Shown one piece after another: positions 16,103-25,280 of a stretch of DNA of 64,000 nt (position 1 is the stretch's first letter; every line of letters starts with the position of its first letter). The translations under genes were made by a program, and so were the position numbers. The notes beneath the pieces are model-generated. The model saw only the letters and a program-made list of their open reading frames with translations. It did no database searches and was not told the DNA's origin. The stretch is from a bacterium (GTDB taxonomy: Bacteria > Patescibacteriota > Minisyncoccia > Phycocordibacterales > DATDWN01). The DNA is taken from contig JBAXLH010000001.1 in assembly GCA_037134875.1 (NCBI GenBank), positions 5,322 to 69,321 of the forward strand, read 5' to 3'.

Positions 16103-18835
16103 TTACTTGCGATATTTCTCCTGAATCTGCCTCTCAATCTCTTCCCTATCCCCTCCGTACGTGAGATACGATAATTGTTTGAGCGAATCAATAATAGCTG
16201 GATCGCCTTTTGGTGGAAATGGTTCTTTGATGTTGAATGCTTTTTGTGAGGTACCGTTCATAAGCATTTTTACATAGGCATTCAAGTTATCAATATTCAT
16301 AAGATCTTTTGCGGTAAACACCGGAGAAAATTGTTTTTCTAAATATTCTGCGTCCTCGGCACTCACTCGAAAAGAAACAATCGAGCCAACGTTACCAAAC
16401 ACTGCATCGCGGATATTTTCCTGAAGTTGGGCAATAAACTGATGTGCAACAGTCAGTGACAGTTTGTATTTTCGTGCTTCAGAGAGAATGGATGAGATTG
16501 AATCCGTCGTAATGTTTTGGAACTCGTCGATGTAGAGATAAAACGGCGCAAAATCTTTTCCGTAGGAGTCCACACGAGAGAGAGCCGCCATCAGAATTTT
16601 GCCGACAAGAATGAGACCGATGAGATTGGCATTTATATCTCCCAATTTACCTTTGGCCAAATTGACGAGAAGTATTTTTTTGTTATCCATTATGTCGCGA
16701 AAATTGAAAGATGATTTTTCCTGTGCCACGATAGGTCGCATAACTTCGTTTGCAAGAAATACGTCAAATTTATTCACAATATATGGAACAATATTTGCAA
16801 GCGATGACTCTCCGCCAGCTTTCTCAGCAATTTCTTTCCAAAACTCTACAATGACAGGATTTTTGCATCTGGAAACTTTCAAATCCCTAAATGTTTTGTT
16901 GGACAACACCCGAGACACATCCAAAAGTGTACAGCCGGTCTCTGGATCTTCAACAACAAGCATCGCAGCATTTCTAAAATATTGCTGGAAAGCCGGTCCC
17001 ATTGACTCTGGAACATTACCATACAGTTTTTGGAATATACTCAAAAGCTCGTTGACCACAAATGTTTTCTGCTCCGGAAACTTTGGATCATACTCAAGCA
17101 TATTGAGGGCCATTGGACGCTCGGTGTAGCTTGGATCAAAATAAATCACATCTTTGTAACGGTCTTTTGGAATATTTGCCAAAATATCAATAATATCTGT
17201 ACCGTGTGGGTCAATAAAACAACATCCATTACCTCTCTCGATATCCTGAATAATAAGATTTTTGAGAAGAACAGTTTTTCCAGCACCAGTTTGTCCAATG
17301 ACATATAAATGTCTGAGTCGGTCCTGATCCTGCATAAATATTTTTGTCTCAACGTTTCGATAGTTGTTGACACCAATAAATGTACCATCTTCTCCCATAC
17401 CGAGCGGTGCTGGCGCAGAAACAGCCTGATTTTGCTTGAGCTGTGGTGATGGTGAAAGATCTGTTGTGTTGAAATGTAGTAGTGATGTTATTTCGTGCAG
17501 ATTGAGAGGCAATAGCTCGTCTGGATTGTAACTCCTGAAAGAAAAATTTCTGAACATTTTTTGCAGAGCACCTTTTTCAAGACGTTTCCACTCGAGTGAG
17601 TTGGAGACAGGATCGGAAAATTGATTGAATGATGACTCGATACTTTTCAAAATCCGCTCGGAATCCGGCCGACTCTGTGTCGAGACAACGATACGCACAT
17701 TTGTTGCTACTATTTCGCTGGCGATTTTTTGTTTAATTTTTTGAATTGCATCATTGTCCACCGGCTTCTTTTCTTCACCCTCTTTTGGTAATGGTTTGAA
17801 AATTTCTTTGACTGTTTTTGCAAAATCTCCAACAAATGTTTCTGGCAGATTGACCGCGTCTTTTGTTGGCACACCTTTTTCTATTTGCTCAATTGCATAT
17901 TTGTATTTTTTGGTGAAATAGTCCCCTTTTGGAGAGAAAACAATTTGAATTGCAGCTCCTTCGCCATCTTTTGCAATCTTTGAAAAACTGTTGATAACAA
18001 CATTCATTGGATCGTAGTCAAATGACTCGTATGTTTTGAATGGATACACTGGCTTTTCTTTTGTGGTGAGATACGAACCGAGCGAAACACCTTCTCCATT
18101 GAAAATATTGTAGTCATTTGTCGCCTCGACAACTCGCGCTGTCGAGAAAATAGAGACAATGTGTTTCTCAAAAAGCTGTTTGAATTCATCGGGCACCGCA
18201 ACATAAAATACAAATTGGTTACTGCCATTTGCGTTTGCAATTTCGAGTGCAATATAATTTTCTTTTTCTTTTTTTGAAACAACCGAAAGCATTCCAGCAT
18301 AAAACTGCTCCATACTGGAAATCACTTCTTTGAGTCCTTTTTGTTGTTTTTCTTTTTCTTCTTCAAGAAGCACAACCTCATATAAAGTCATTCCAACACC
18401 GCGGAAATCTCTCTCGGAAAGGTTGAGATCATTTGGCTTGTATCCACTTTTTACAAATTGCACCAAAAAACGATGAAAATCATCATCGAGATGAGGGTCT
18501 TTCATTTCAGACAAAACAGAAAGTGCGTTTTTCACACCTTTTTCATTGAGTATTCCGAGGAGCTCCTCCATCTTTTTGTCGTGTCGCTCCGGAGCGAGAT
18601 TCAAAACAATTGACTCAGCATCAGCCTTTGAAAGTGCATACGTATCCGAGAGAACATCTTTTGATAATGTGTCTTTATATTTTGAAATTTGTTCGCGAAC
18701 AACGGTGTCGGTATCCACTTTTTGATCTCGTTCGTGAAGCTGTTTTTCTTTTTCGGCGATTTTACCACGCAAGAAATTTATTTCCTCTTCGGGTGATGTA
18801 AAGCGAGAAGTATTTTCGCTCAAAACTTTTTCCAT
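16103..18835 (-). CDS. VirD4/TraG-like (type IV coupling-protein / DUF87-type) P-loop ATPase
   Basis: 910 aa. The Walker A motif is GQTGAGKTV. The C-terminal …YLYIDEFQNITT…LSLTVAHQFIAQL… resembles the TraD/TraG C-terminal region. The family assignment is tentative. Confidence 0.55.
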   Translation of the reverse strand: MEKVLSENTSRFTSPEEEINFLRGKIAEKEKQLHERDQKVDTDTVVREQISKYKDTLSKDVLSDTYALSKADAESIVLNLAPERHDKKMEELLGILNEKGVKNALSVLSEMKDPHLDDDFHRFLVQFVKSGYKPNDLNLSERDFRGVGMTLYEVVLLEEEKEKQQKGLKEVISSMEQFYAGMLSVVSKKEKENYIALEIANANGSNQFVFYVAVPDEFKQLFEKHIVSIFSTARVVEATNDYNIFNGEGVSLGSYLTTKEKPVYPFKTYESFDYDPMNVVINSFSKIAKDGEGAAIQIVFSPKGDYFTKKYKYAIEQIEKGVPTKDAVNLPETFVGDFAKTVKEIFKPLPKEGEEKKPVDNDAIQKIKQKIASEIVATNVRIVVSTQSRPDSERILKSIESSFNQFSDPVSNSLEWKRLEKGALQKMFRNFSFRSYNPDELLPLNLHEITSLLHFNTTDLSPSPQLKQNQAVSAPAPLGMGEDGTFIGVNNYRNVETKIFMQDQDRLRHLYVIGQTGAGKTVLLKNLIIQDIERGNGCCFIDPHGTDIIDILANIPKDRYKDVIYFDPSYTERPMALNMLEYDPKFPEQKTFVVNELLSIFQKLYGNVPESMGPAFQQYFRNAAMLVVEDPETGCTLLDVSRVLSNKTFRDLKVSRCKNPVIVEFWKEIAEKAGGESSLANIVPYIVNKFDVFLANEVMRPIVAQEKSSFNFRDIMDNKKILLVNLAKGKLGDINANLIGLILVGKILMAALSRVDSYGKDFAPFYLYIDEFQNITTDSISSILSEARKYKLSLTVAHQFIAQLQENIRDAVFGNVGSIVSFRVSAEDAEYLEKQFSPVFTAKDLMNIDNLNAYVKMLMNGTSQKAFNIKEPFPPKGDPAIIDSLKQLSYLTYGGDREEIERQIQEKYRK

Positions 18836-18913
18836 ACATTATATTATAGCAAACGAGCTGAGGATGACTAGTGGGCTCAAAAAAATATATTTGCACAGAC
18901 TCGATTTAACACT

Positions 18914-19726
18914 TCACTTCCTCAAATAATACAACCTCATCTCTTCTGGAAATCGCTCAATGGAATATCGTAGAGCGGTGCGTGGAATATGGGAGTAGTG
19001 TTTGTCCAAAAATTTTCGCAATGTCCCCTCGTCTTTTTTGCCGACTTCACGGAGCATCCAACCAACAGCTTTGTGGATCAGATCATGTGTGTCAGAAAGT
19101 AACATCTCTGCGATCTTGAGTGTGTCACCAAAATCGCCCTGACGTATGAAAGTGAGCGTTGAAATAATAGAGATTCTCTTTTTCCACAAATCTTTCGACT
19201 CAGCAAATGTGTACAAAATATCTCGAGGTTTATCCAGCAGATATGTTCCGACAATCTGCGGAGCTGACAAATCCACCAAATCCCAATTGTTTATGTATTT
19301 TGTGTTTTTAATGTACAGGTCAAAAATTTGTTTTTGAACTCTTAACATACCAGATTTCTGTCTCAACATATGCTGGTCTGAAAACAGAATATTCGCCTGC
19401 TGGCGAATTTCTTCGTGCTCGGCCCGTCGGCCTGTGCAATGTTTCAGACCAGCATATGTCTTCGACGAAATCTGATACTTTTGAATCAAAATCAACAGGG
19501 CAACCATTCGACATTCATGAATTTCTGATTTGAGTAGCTTTACAACATCCGCAAATGGTAAATCGACAAATTGTTTGGCGACGTTGCGCTGATCTGGCAT
19601 TACAATTCCCAAAAAAACATCTCCTTCGCCATACTCCCCTTTGCCAGTCTTAAAAAACCGAGAAAGTATTTTGGCTTTCCCTTTACTCGACTTCTTTTTC
19701 AATTTTGAAATTAGGTTATTGTACAT
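18914..19726 (-). CDS. DNA alkylation repair protein (AlkD/AlkC-like HEAT-repeat glycosylase) carrying an in-frame repeat-element insertion
   Basis: The N-terminus is FFKTGKGEYGEGDVFLGI and the C-terminus is WMLREVGKK…RTALRYSIERF. The reading frame continues through the R3 element at 19366-19459. Confidence 0.7.
   Translation of the reverse strand: MYNNLISKLKKKSSKGKAKILSRFFKTGKGEYGEGDVFLGIVMPDQRNVAKQFVDLPFADVVKLLKSEIHECRMVALLILIQKYQISSKTYAGLKHCTGRRAEHEEIRQQANILFSDQHMLRQKSGMLRVQKQIFDLYIKNTKYINNWDLVDLSAPQIVGTYLLDKPRDILYTFAESKDLWKKRISIISTLTFIRQGDFGDTLKIAEMLLSDTHDLIHKAVGWMLREVGKKDEGTLRKFLDKHYSHIPRTALRYSIERFPEEMRLYYLRK
19366..19459. repeat. Palindromic element, family R3, inserted in frame within the alkD-like CDS
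   Basis: The arms are acatatgctggtctgaaaac / gtttcagaccagcatatgt and the core is …ttcttcgtgctcggcccgtcggcctgtgcaatg. It is translated as …HCTGRRAEHEEIRQQANILFSDQHMLRQKSGM…. Confidence 0.65.
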
Positions 19727-19740
19727 GGTGGTAGTATTTC

Positions 19741-19870
19741 TCTTTAATTTCGTTGACTCAAAATTTTTTTTGAGGCTTCGCAGGCGGGTAGCCGAGACTT
19801 GAGAAATTTGCCAGCAGGCAAATATTCGTACTCAAAAAAAGTTTTGAGGAAAAAGAAATTAAAGAGAAAT
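19741..19870. repeat. Palindromic element, family R1
   Basis: The R1 core has the copy-specific arms tctttaatttcgttgactcaaaattttttttgag / ctcaaaaaaagttttgaggaaaaagaaattaaaga. Confidence 0.65.
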
Positions 19871-19897
19871 TTGCAACTGAAAAATCTTTTATACTTT

Positions 19898-20248
19898 CTA
19901 CAAAAAATGATGCCAGAAAACAAGAATGCCCAACACAAAGGCGCCGAGAGAACTTACAAAGACTAAACCAGCCATTGTGTCTTTTATTTTCCCTATAGCA
20001 CTATCATAGGCAGGCTCAACTTTGTTGCACAAATCCTCCACAACAGTATTGACAATCTCTGCGGACAAAACAAGCACAATAGCGACAATACACAAGGCCG
20101 ACTCGCCAAAAGAAAATCGAAACATAATCATTAACACAAGAACAACAAGAGTAACAGCTAGTTCTATGCGAAAATTTAACTCCTCTTGCCACGTTGTCCG
20201 TATACCTCGAAAGGCATTTTTGAACGAATTAATTGTTTTTGAAATCAT
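19898..20248 (-). CDS. dgkA: Diacylglycerol kinase
   Basis: 116 aa with three TM helices. The pattern …NAFRGIRTTWQEELNFRIEL…SAEIVNTVVEDLCN… is DgkA-like. Confidence 0.85.
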   Translation of the reverse strand: MISKTINSFKNAFRGIRTTWQEELNFRIELAVTLVVLVLMIMFRFSFGESALCIVAIVLVLSAEIVNTVVEDLCNKVEPAYDSAIGKIKDTMAGLVFVSSLGAFVLGILVFWHHFL

Positions 20249-20325
20249 AAAAATATTCTACCACATATTGATATACAGCGATATATTGTATAAAATATAC
20301 GCATTAACATCTTATTATTTATTTT

Positions 20326-21192
20326 ATGAACATATTCAAAAAAATAGGTGCCTCCGTGTATAATCCAGATTTTTATAGTGATATAAAAAATCAAACAACA
20401 GGACAAGCGGTGAAATATTTTTTCAAACTATCACTTCTCATTTCACTCGCTCTGACTATTATTTTTTCTGCCATAGCGATTCCAGCTATTCACGTATTCA
20501 CATCAGACGCAAATCTGACTCAAATAATTTCCCTCTTCCCTGCCGACCTTACTGTGACGATCAAAAATGGTGAATTCAGCACAAATGTTCCAAACCCATA
20601 TATGATTCCAATTCCCGGAGTAGTCGCCTCATCAACAGCCACCCAAAAAGCAGATCAAATCCAAAATCTTCTCGTCATCAACACTGATATCAAAGATATT
20701 CCAACAAATGTCCTGACCGAAAACAAAACAATTGCATTTATGACAAAAAATGCGCTGGTGATGAATAAAAATGGAACATTGCAAGTCACAACGCTCGACA
20801 AATTCCAAAGTGTAAATATGAGTATCAATCAGCAAACCATTCATACATTTGTTTACAAGATTTTGCCATACATAAAAATGTTTTCTTGGTTTCTCCCTCT
20901 ACCAATCTTCATTGTTCTCTTTGTTATGTACGCAATAAAACTCCTTAGTTTCTTTGTTTCTGCTCTTGTAATTTGGTTCATTCTCTCTATCAAAAAAATG
21001 GACAGAGGATATATGTATGCATTCCGTATGACTATTTATGCACAAACTCTCGCTATCCTCCTGTCACTTGTCTATGGAGGACTCGGCAATTGGCTGATCT
21101 CACTTCTCATTACAGTTGTTGTTGTACTCCTCAACATGAAAGATTCAAACAAAGTTGAAACTCCAGTTGTTATTCCACCTCAGACACATTAA
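20326..21192 (+). CDS. Integral membrane protein (DUF1189-like), hypothetical
   Basis: 288 aa with an N-terminal TM, a hydrophilic domain and C-terminal TM helices. Confidence 0.45.
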   Translation: MNIFKKIGASVYNPDFYSDIKNQTTGQAVKYFFKLSLLISLALTIIFSAIAIPAIHVFTSDANLTQIISLFPADLTVTIKNGEFSTNVPNPYMIPIPGVVASSTATQKADQIQNLLVINTDIKDIPTNVLTENKTIAFMTKNALVMNKNGTLQVTTLDKFQSVNMSINQQTIHTFVYKILPYIKMFSWFLPLPIFIVLFVMYAIKLLSFFVSALVIWFILSIKKMDRGYMYAFRMTIYAQTLAILLSLVYGGLGNWLISLLITVVVVLLNMKDSNKVETPVVIPPQTH

Positions 21193-21203
21193 ACACAAAA
21201 AAT

Positions 21204-21234
21204 AGAGCCCGACCTAAATCTAGGTTGGGCTCTT
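21204..21234. terminator. Bidirectional hairpin terminator between convergent genes
   Basis: The sequence is agagcccgacctaaatctaggttgggctct. Confidence 0.5.
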
Positions 21235-21642
21235 CATCATAATAACTAAATCAGGAACTAGAAAATTTTCAAAATCGATCCGCGAACCATGATGGAATGC
21301 GAAACCAATGAGAAGCCGGTCATCCCAAATAGTACCGACTCGCAGAGCACCTTTGAGTCGGTGGACTGGCCACCCCTTTTTTGAAATGAATTCACAAAAA
21401 GTAATTGGGTCAGCAAACATATAACCCAATCTCTCAAGGTCAGACAAGATTGCCATCCAGTGATGAACAGCAATGACCTCAATTGGTCCGTGTCCTCTGA
21501 TCACAATATGAGATGCCTCATGACTTGCAACCCACGGATGATTACAAACTTCTCCAGCAACTTCTGAAAGTCTAGAATCTTTAGTGCTTATAATGATTGG
21601 CTTACGAAACTCAATCGGCTCGACAAGCCTGATTTCTTCCAT
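21220..21642 (-). CDS. Hypothetical protein
   Basis: 140-aa ORF with His-rich segments and no recognisable motif. Confidence 0.35.
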   Translation of the reverse strand: MEEIRLVEPIEFRKPIIISTKDSRLSEVAGEVCNHPWVASHEASHIVIRGHGPIEVIAVHHWMAILSDLERLGYMFADPITFCEFISKKGWPVHRLKGALRVGTIWDDRLLIGFAFHHGSRIDFENFLVPDLVIMMKSPT

Positions 21643-21721
21643 AGCTGTGAACCTCCGTGGTACATTAAATCAGAAAATCACACTTTCCACAAACAAAGAA
21701 AAAGATCTTCGTGAGAAGACC

Positions 21722-22168
21722 TTATGGATGAAATGGGTTGAATGCGCTTTTCTTCAAATTTTGAATCGGCAGAAAGAGTGGTTCGGGGAGATGTTCCCAC
21801 TCAAACCATTCCCACCCTTCACATTTGTCGGGCTCCTTGACCATCGGTTCGCCACCAGTGTAATAATAAGCCTGTACAAAAATAGTTATGTAATGCTTGC
21901 CTTCAGCGACAAACATATCATTGGTAAAAGTGCTTCTGCCAATACAAACCAACCGAAGACCTGTCTCCTCGGCGAGCTCGCGCCGAGCACAATCCTCGAT
22001 GGTTTCAAAGAATTCGAGGTGTCCGCCCGGAAAAGACCATGTACCTTCCCCATGCGAACCTTTTCTCTTGCCGAGAAGAACTTTATTATCTCGTATAACA
22101 ATAACGCCGACTCCAACCCTGGGTCTCTTGGGTTCGGCTGTTTGAGGTTCTACTCCGCTGACGCTCAT
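21722..22168 (-). CDS. NUDIX hydrolase
   Basis: The Nudix box is GGHLEFFETIEDCARRELAEETGL. Confidence 0.85.
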   Translation of the reverse strand: MSVSGVEPQTAEPKRPRVGVGVIVIRDNKVLLGKRKGSHGEGTWSFPGGHLEFFETIEDCARRELAEETGLRLVCIGRSTFTNDMFVAEGKHYITIFVQAYYYTGGEPMVKEPDKCEGWEWFEWEHLPEPLFLPIQNLKKSAFNPFHP

Positions 22169-22282
22169 TCCTCTGAGAAAATATCATAGGTGAAAGAATA
22201 TGTAAATGAGTTTAAAAACTTTTTTAAAAAAATCCACCCACCACCGAATTTTGTTGCTCGATGTGGGCGGTTATTAGACAAA

Positions 22283-22639
22283 CTACAGAATAATTTCTCC
22301 CGCAAGTCCATCATAATTATGAGGGTTGGTGCCGAGATCTTGTTTCTTCTCGACAGTATTAAATTCTTTTGCAGCATGCAAGCCGGAAATTTTGCCATGA
22401 CGAGCCAAAATGTCGACCACCTTCTGCAACTCTTCATTAGTCACAAGACCAGGGAGATTCGCGAGATGTTCGTGCATACATACATCAATATGATAATTAC
22501 CGCGGACTCCACAGCGGATAAGAATTTCCTTTCGACCGAACCCAGGTAGCATGACCCAGTTTTCAGCGAGTTGGTCAGCAGTAACCCCGCGAAGATTAAT
22601 TGTCTCCGGGAGATCATTCGTCTCTGGTTTTTCCCACAT
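22283..22639 (-). CDS. Hypothetical protein
   Basis: 118-aa ORF with no recognisable motif. Confidence 0.35.
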   Translation of the reverse strand: MWEKPETNDLPETINLRGVTADQLAENWVMLPGFGRKEILIRCGVRGNYHIDVCMHEHLANLPGLVTNEELQKVVDILARHGKISGLHAAKEFNTVEKKQDLGTNPHNYDGLAGEIIL

Positions 22640-22887
22640 AATTGTCTCCTATATATGATATTAAACAAATATCATTACTTGTCAAGTGTGACCCTACGCG
22701 GAATCACGATTACGTTTTCGGTCAGGAATAATTTTATCGCCATCGCTCAAAAATTTTCCCTACCCGGACTCGCGACCAGTCATGCTCGACTGGTACCCGC
22801 TCCGTCTTTCGATTCCGCATGAAATTGCATACTATGCAATTTCTGTAGGGTCATGCAAAAATCGCCACAAGGGCGATTTTGCTGACA

Positions 22888-22959
22888 TGACCCTACGCGG
22901 AATCGAACCGCGCTTCTAGCCTTGAGAAGGCTATGTCCTAGCCGATAGACGATAGGGCC
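22888..22959 (-). tRNA. tRNA-Glu (anticodon CUC), 72 nt, no encoded CCA
   Basis: The reverse strand reads GGCCCTATCGTCTATCGGCTAGGACATAGCCTTCTCAAGGCTAGAAGCGCGGTTCGATTCCGCGTAGGGTCA. It folds into a cloverleaf with a 7-bp acceptor stem (one G·U), a D-loop with GG, an anticodon loop TTCTCAA and a T-loop TTCGATT. Confidence 0.7.
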
Positions 22960-23057
22960 AATAAAAACAAAACTATGCACTGAAATAATATAACATTTTT
23001 TATTAAAAAATCAAAAACCGTCACGACGAGGTGGCGGAGTTGAAAAATTGTTTGTTT

Positions 23058-23510
23058 CTATTTATTCAAAAAACAGAGTTGATGGGTAACATCTCCTCTG
23101 CTCGAAAACTTGTTTCTAAAAAGATCAATAGAGTAAACTGTCACTCTATTATTTATCACAAGACACCCGAGAGTCTTGCGACTCATGATTTTATATGCAA
23201 ACAGTGTTTCCACGTTGCAAATATTTGGGTGCTGATCGATGAGATAGAGAACCTCTTCGATAGTGAGACCTTTTCCTTCCATCTCACCTCTCTGCAAAGT
23301 ATATCTGAGTCCTTTTGTTGACTCATATTTGTGCACCGCGAAACTTTCACCACATCTCACGGCCGAGAGTTCGATTTCATTGGTTTCCATCATACTCTTG
23401 AAGAAAGAAACTTTGCCTTTGCTCTTCTCCAAGTTATTACAATCTATTTTATATATTTCCTGACAAAAAGCAGGAAAACAAAAGAAAATAAGAAAAATGA
23501 TTGGTTTCAT
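23058..23510 (-). CDS. Secreted hypothetical protein
   Basis: The signal peptide is MKPIIFLIFFCFPAFCQE. Confidence 0.4.
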   Translation of the reverse strand: MKPIIFLIFFCFPAFCQEIYKIDCNNLEKSKGKVSFFKSMMETNEIELSAVRCGESFAVHKYESTKGLRYTLQRGEMEGKGLTIEEVLYLIDQHPNICNVETLFAYKIMSRKTLGCLVINNRVTVYSIDLFRNKFSSRGDVTHQLCFLNK

Positions 23511-23590
23511 TTTTTCGTCTCTGCAAAAACAGTACCACACTATTTAGTTTTTTACTAGTCACGGAGAAAATGTTCTGATCTTTATAAGAT

Positions 23591-23920
23591 CTAACTTTTT
23601 TTTGCCATTATTTCGTCTCGTATAGTTTGCACTTGCCCCTCTGTCGGCATAGGTGGCTTTTTATCTCTCATTGATATTGCTCTTACTTTTTCATACACAG
23701 CTACTGCAACATCTGTGTTATTTCCCAAAAATGCGATATGAATATTTTCCTCACTACCATCTTTATTCTCTTTGATAAGATACATTGCGTATGGATCATT
23801 TGGTTCTTTCCTATCAATTCTCAAAGAAGCTTTGATTGATTCTCCACCTGGAGTGAGATATTCTCTAGCCTCACTCGTGATAGCTCTGTCACCTGTGTCA
23901 ATTTGTTCTTCAAATCCCAT
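23591..23920 (-). CDS. Hypothetical protein
   Basis: 109-aa ORF. Confidence 0.35.
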   Translation of the reverse strand: MGFEEQIDTGDRAITSEAREYLTPGGESIKASLRIDRKEPNDPYAMYLIKENKDGSEENIHIAFLGNNTDVAVAVYEKVRAISMRDKKPPMPTEGQVQTIRDEIMAKKS

Positions 23921-23961
23921 ATAATTTTTATATTAATTTTATAATTTAAAATTTTAACACA

Positions 23962-25263
23962 TTACTCTCTTTCGAGCCATTCTGGCTCCTGTCTCACAAG
24001 TAGTTTTGTTTTGTCTTCTGGGTGTCGCATTATTTCCTCCACTACCCGCTCTAGACGCATTGCTTGTGAGCCTTTGACGAGCACCGTATCCCCTTCCTCG
24101 ACGAAATTTTGTAAGTCTTTTCCGGCTTGGGTGGCAGTATCAAAGCATCGAATGTTTGCCGAGTCATACCCAAGAGTCAAAAGCTCGTTGGATGTTATAT
24201 ACGCCCTGATGCCAACACAATACACAATCCCCGCAACATCCTTTATGAGTCCAGCAATTTTCTTGTGTTCGTCAGCAGAAAATTTTCCGAGCTCGAGCAT
24301 ATCGCCGAGCACAACAATTTTCCTTTTTCGAGAATCAATCCGAGAAAAAACATTCATTGCCTCTGCAAATGATGCAGGAGATGAATTGTATGAATCGTCA
24401 ATCACCAGTGCATTTTTTATTCCCGCAACAATATTCATTCTGCCCGGCAGAGATCTAAATTGGTTGAGAGATGAGATAATATCAAAATGAGATATACCAA
24501 ATCGCTGTGCTACTGCATACGCCATGAGACATGCATATTCATTGTGAATACCGAGAGATCCAAAAATAGTAACTGAAGATTTTTCTCCTTGTGAGGATAT
24601 TTCAAATAACATACCTGTTGGATGTTGACCTGATTTTTCATTACTATATAGTATGCGAAATTCTGAACCACTGACATCTATTCCTCCACCGACTCCACAG
24701 GAAATTTGTTTTATTTCTGTCTCCTTTGCGAGTACAGAAGAATGAATATCGTCTGCATTGAACACCACAAAACCATCACGTGCTACCGCACTGGCCAAAT
24801 ATCTTTTTTCATCGAGAAAATGTGAGATGTTTTGAAAGAATTCAATATGTGAAGGTGCTTCGCCAATTGCTGTAATAACAAGAATATCAATCTTGAGCCA
24901 CGAACTCACACCACGCAGATCTCCTGGCTTGTCACCATCCATTTCTAAAATAAGCCAGCTTGGATAATTATGTTTGAAAAGCAAAAGTTTGAAACCAAAA
25001 AAAATATTCTGAATCCATTGTACAAACGAGCCAGTACCAATCGGGCACCCTAAAATAGTGAGTGGTACACCAAGCTCGGTTGTAAAACTCTTTTCACTTT
25101 TTCGTACGAAAAATTTCCGCGACAACACAAGATACAGAGCCTCTTTTGTTGTCGTCTTACCAACACTACCCGTAATGGCAATTATTTTTGGTTTGTATTT
25201 TCGGAGTACAAGTCTGGCCTCATACTGAAAAATCTTTTTTGCGAGCTGTTTGAGAATATCCAT
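23962..25263 (-). CDS. Mur ligase family protein (MurF/MurE-type UDP-MurNAc-peptide ligase)
   Basis: The P-loop is ITGSVGKTTTKE and the Mur ligase middle and C-terminal domains are present. It sits downstream of ftsI in the dcw cluster. Confidence 0.75.
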   Translation of the reverse strand: MDILKQLAKKIFQYEARLVLRKYKPKIIAITGSVGKTTTKEALYLVLSRKFFVRKSEKSFTTELGVPLTILGCPIGTGSFVQWIQNIFFGFKLLLFKHNYPSWLILEMDGDKPGDLRGVSSWLKIDILVITAIGEAPSHIEFFQNISHFLDEKRYLASAVARDGFVVFNADDIHSSVLAKETEIKQISCGVGGGIDVSGSEFRILYSNEKSGQHPTGMLFEISSQGEKSSVTIFGSLGIHNEYACLMAYAVAQRFGISHFDIISSLNQFRSLPGRMNIVAGIKNALVIDDSYNSSPASFAEAMNVFSRIDSRKRKIVVLGDMLELGKFSADEHKKIAGLIKDVAGIVYCVGIRAYITSNELLTLGYDSANIRCFDTATQAGKDLQNFVEEGDTVLVKGSQAMRLERVVEEIMRHPEDKTKLLVRQEPEWLERE

Positions 25264-25280
25264 AGGTTTTTCTGTTATAG

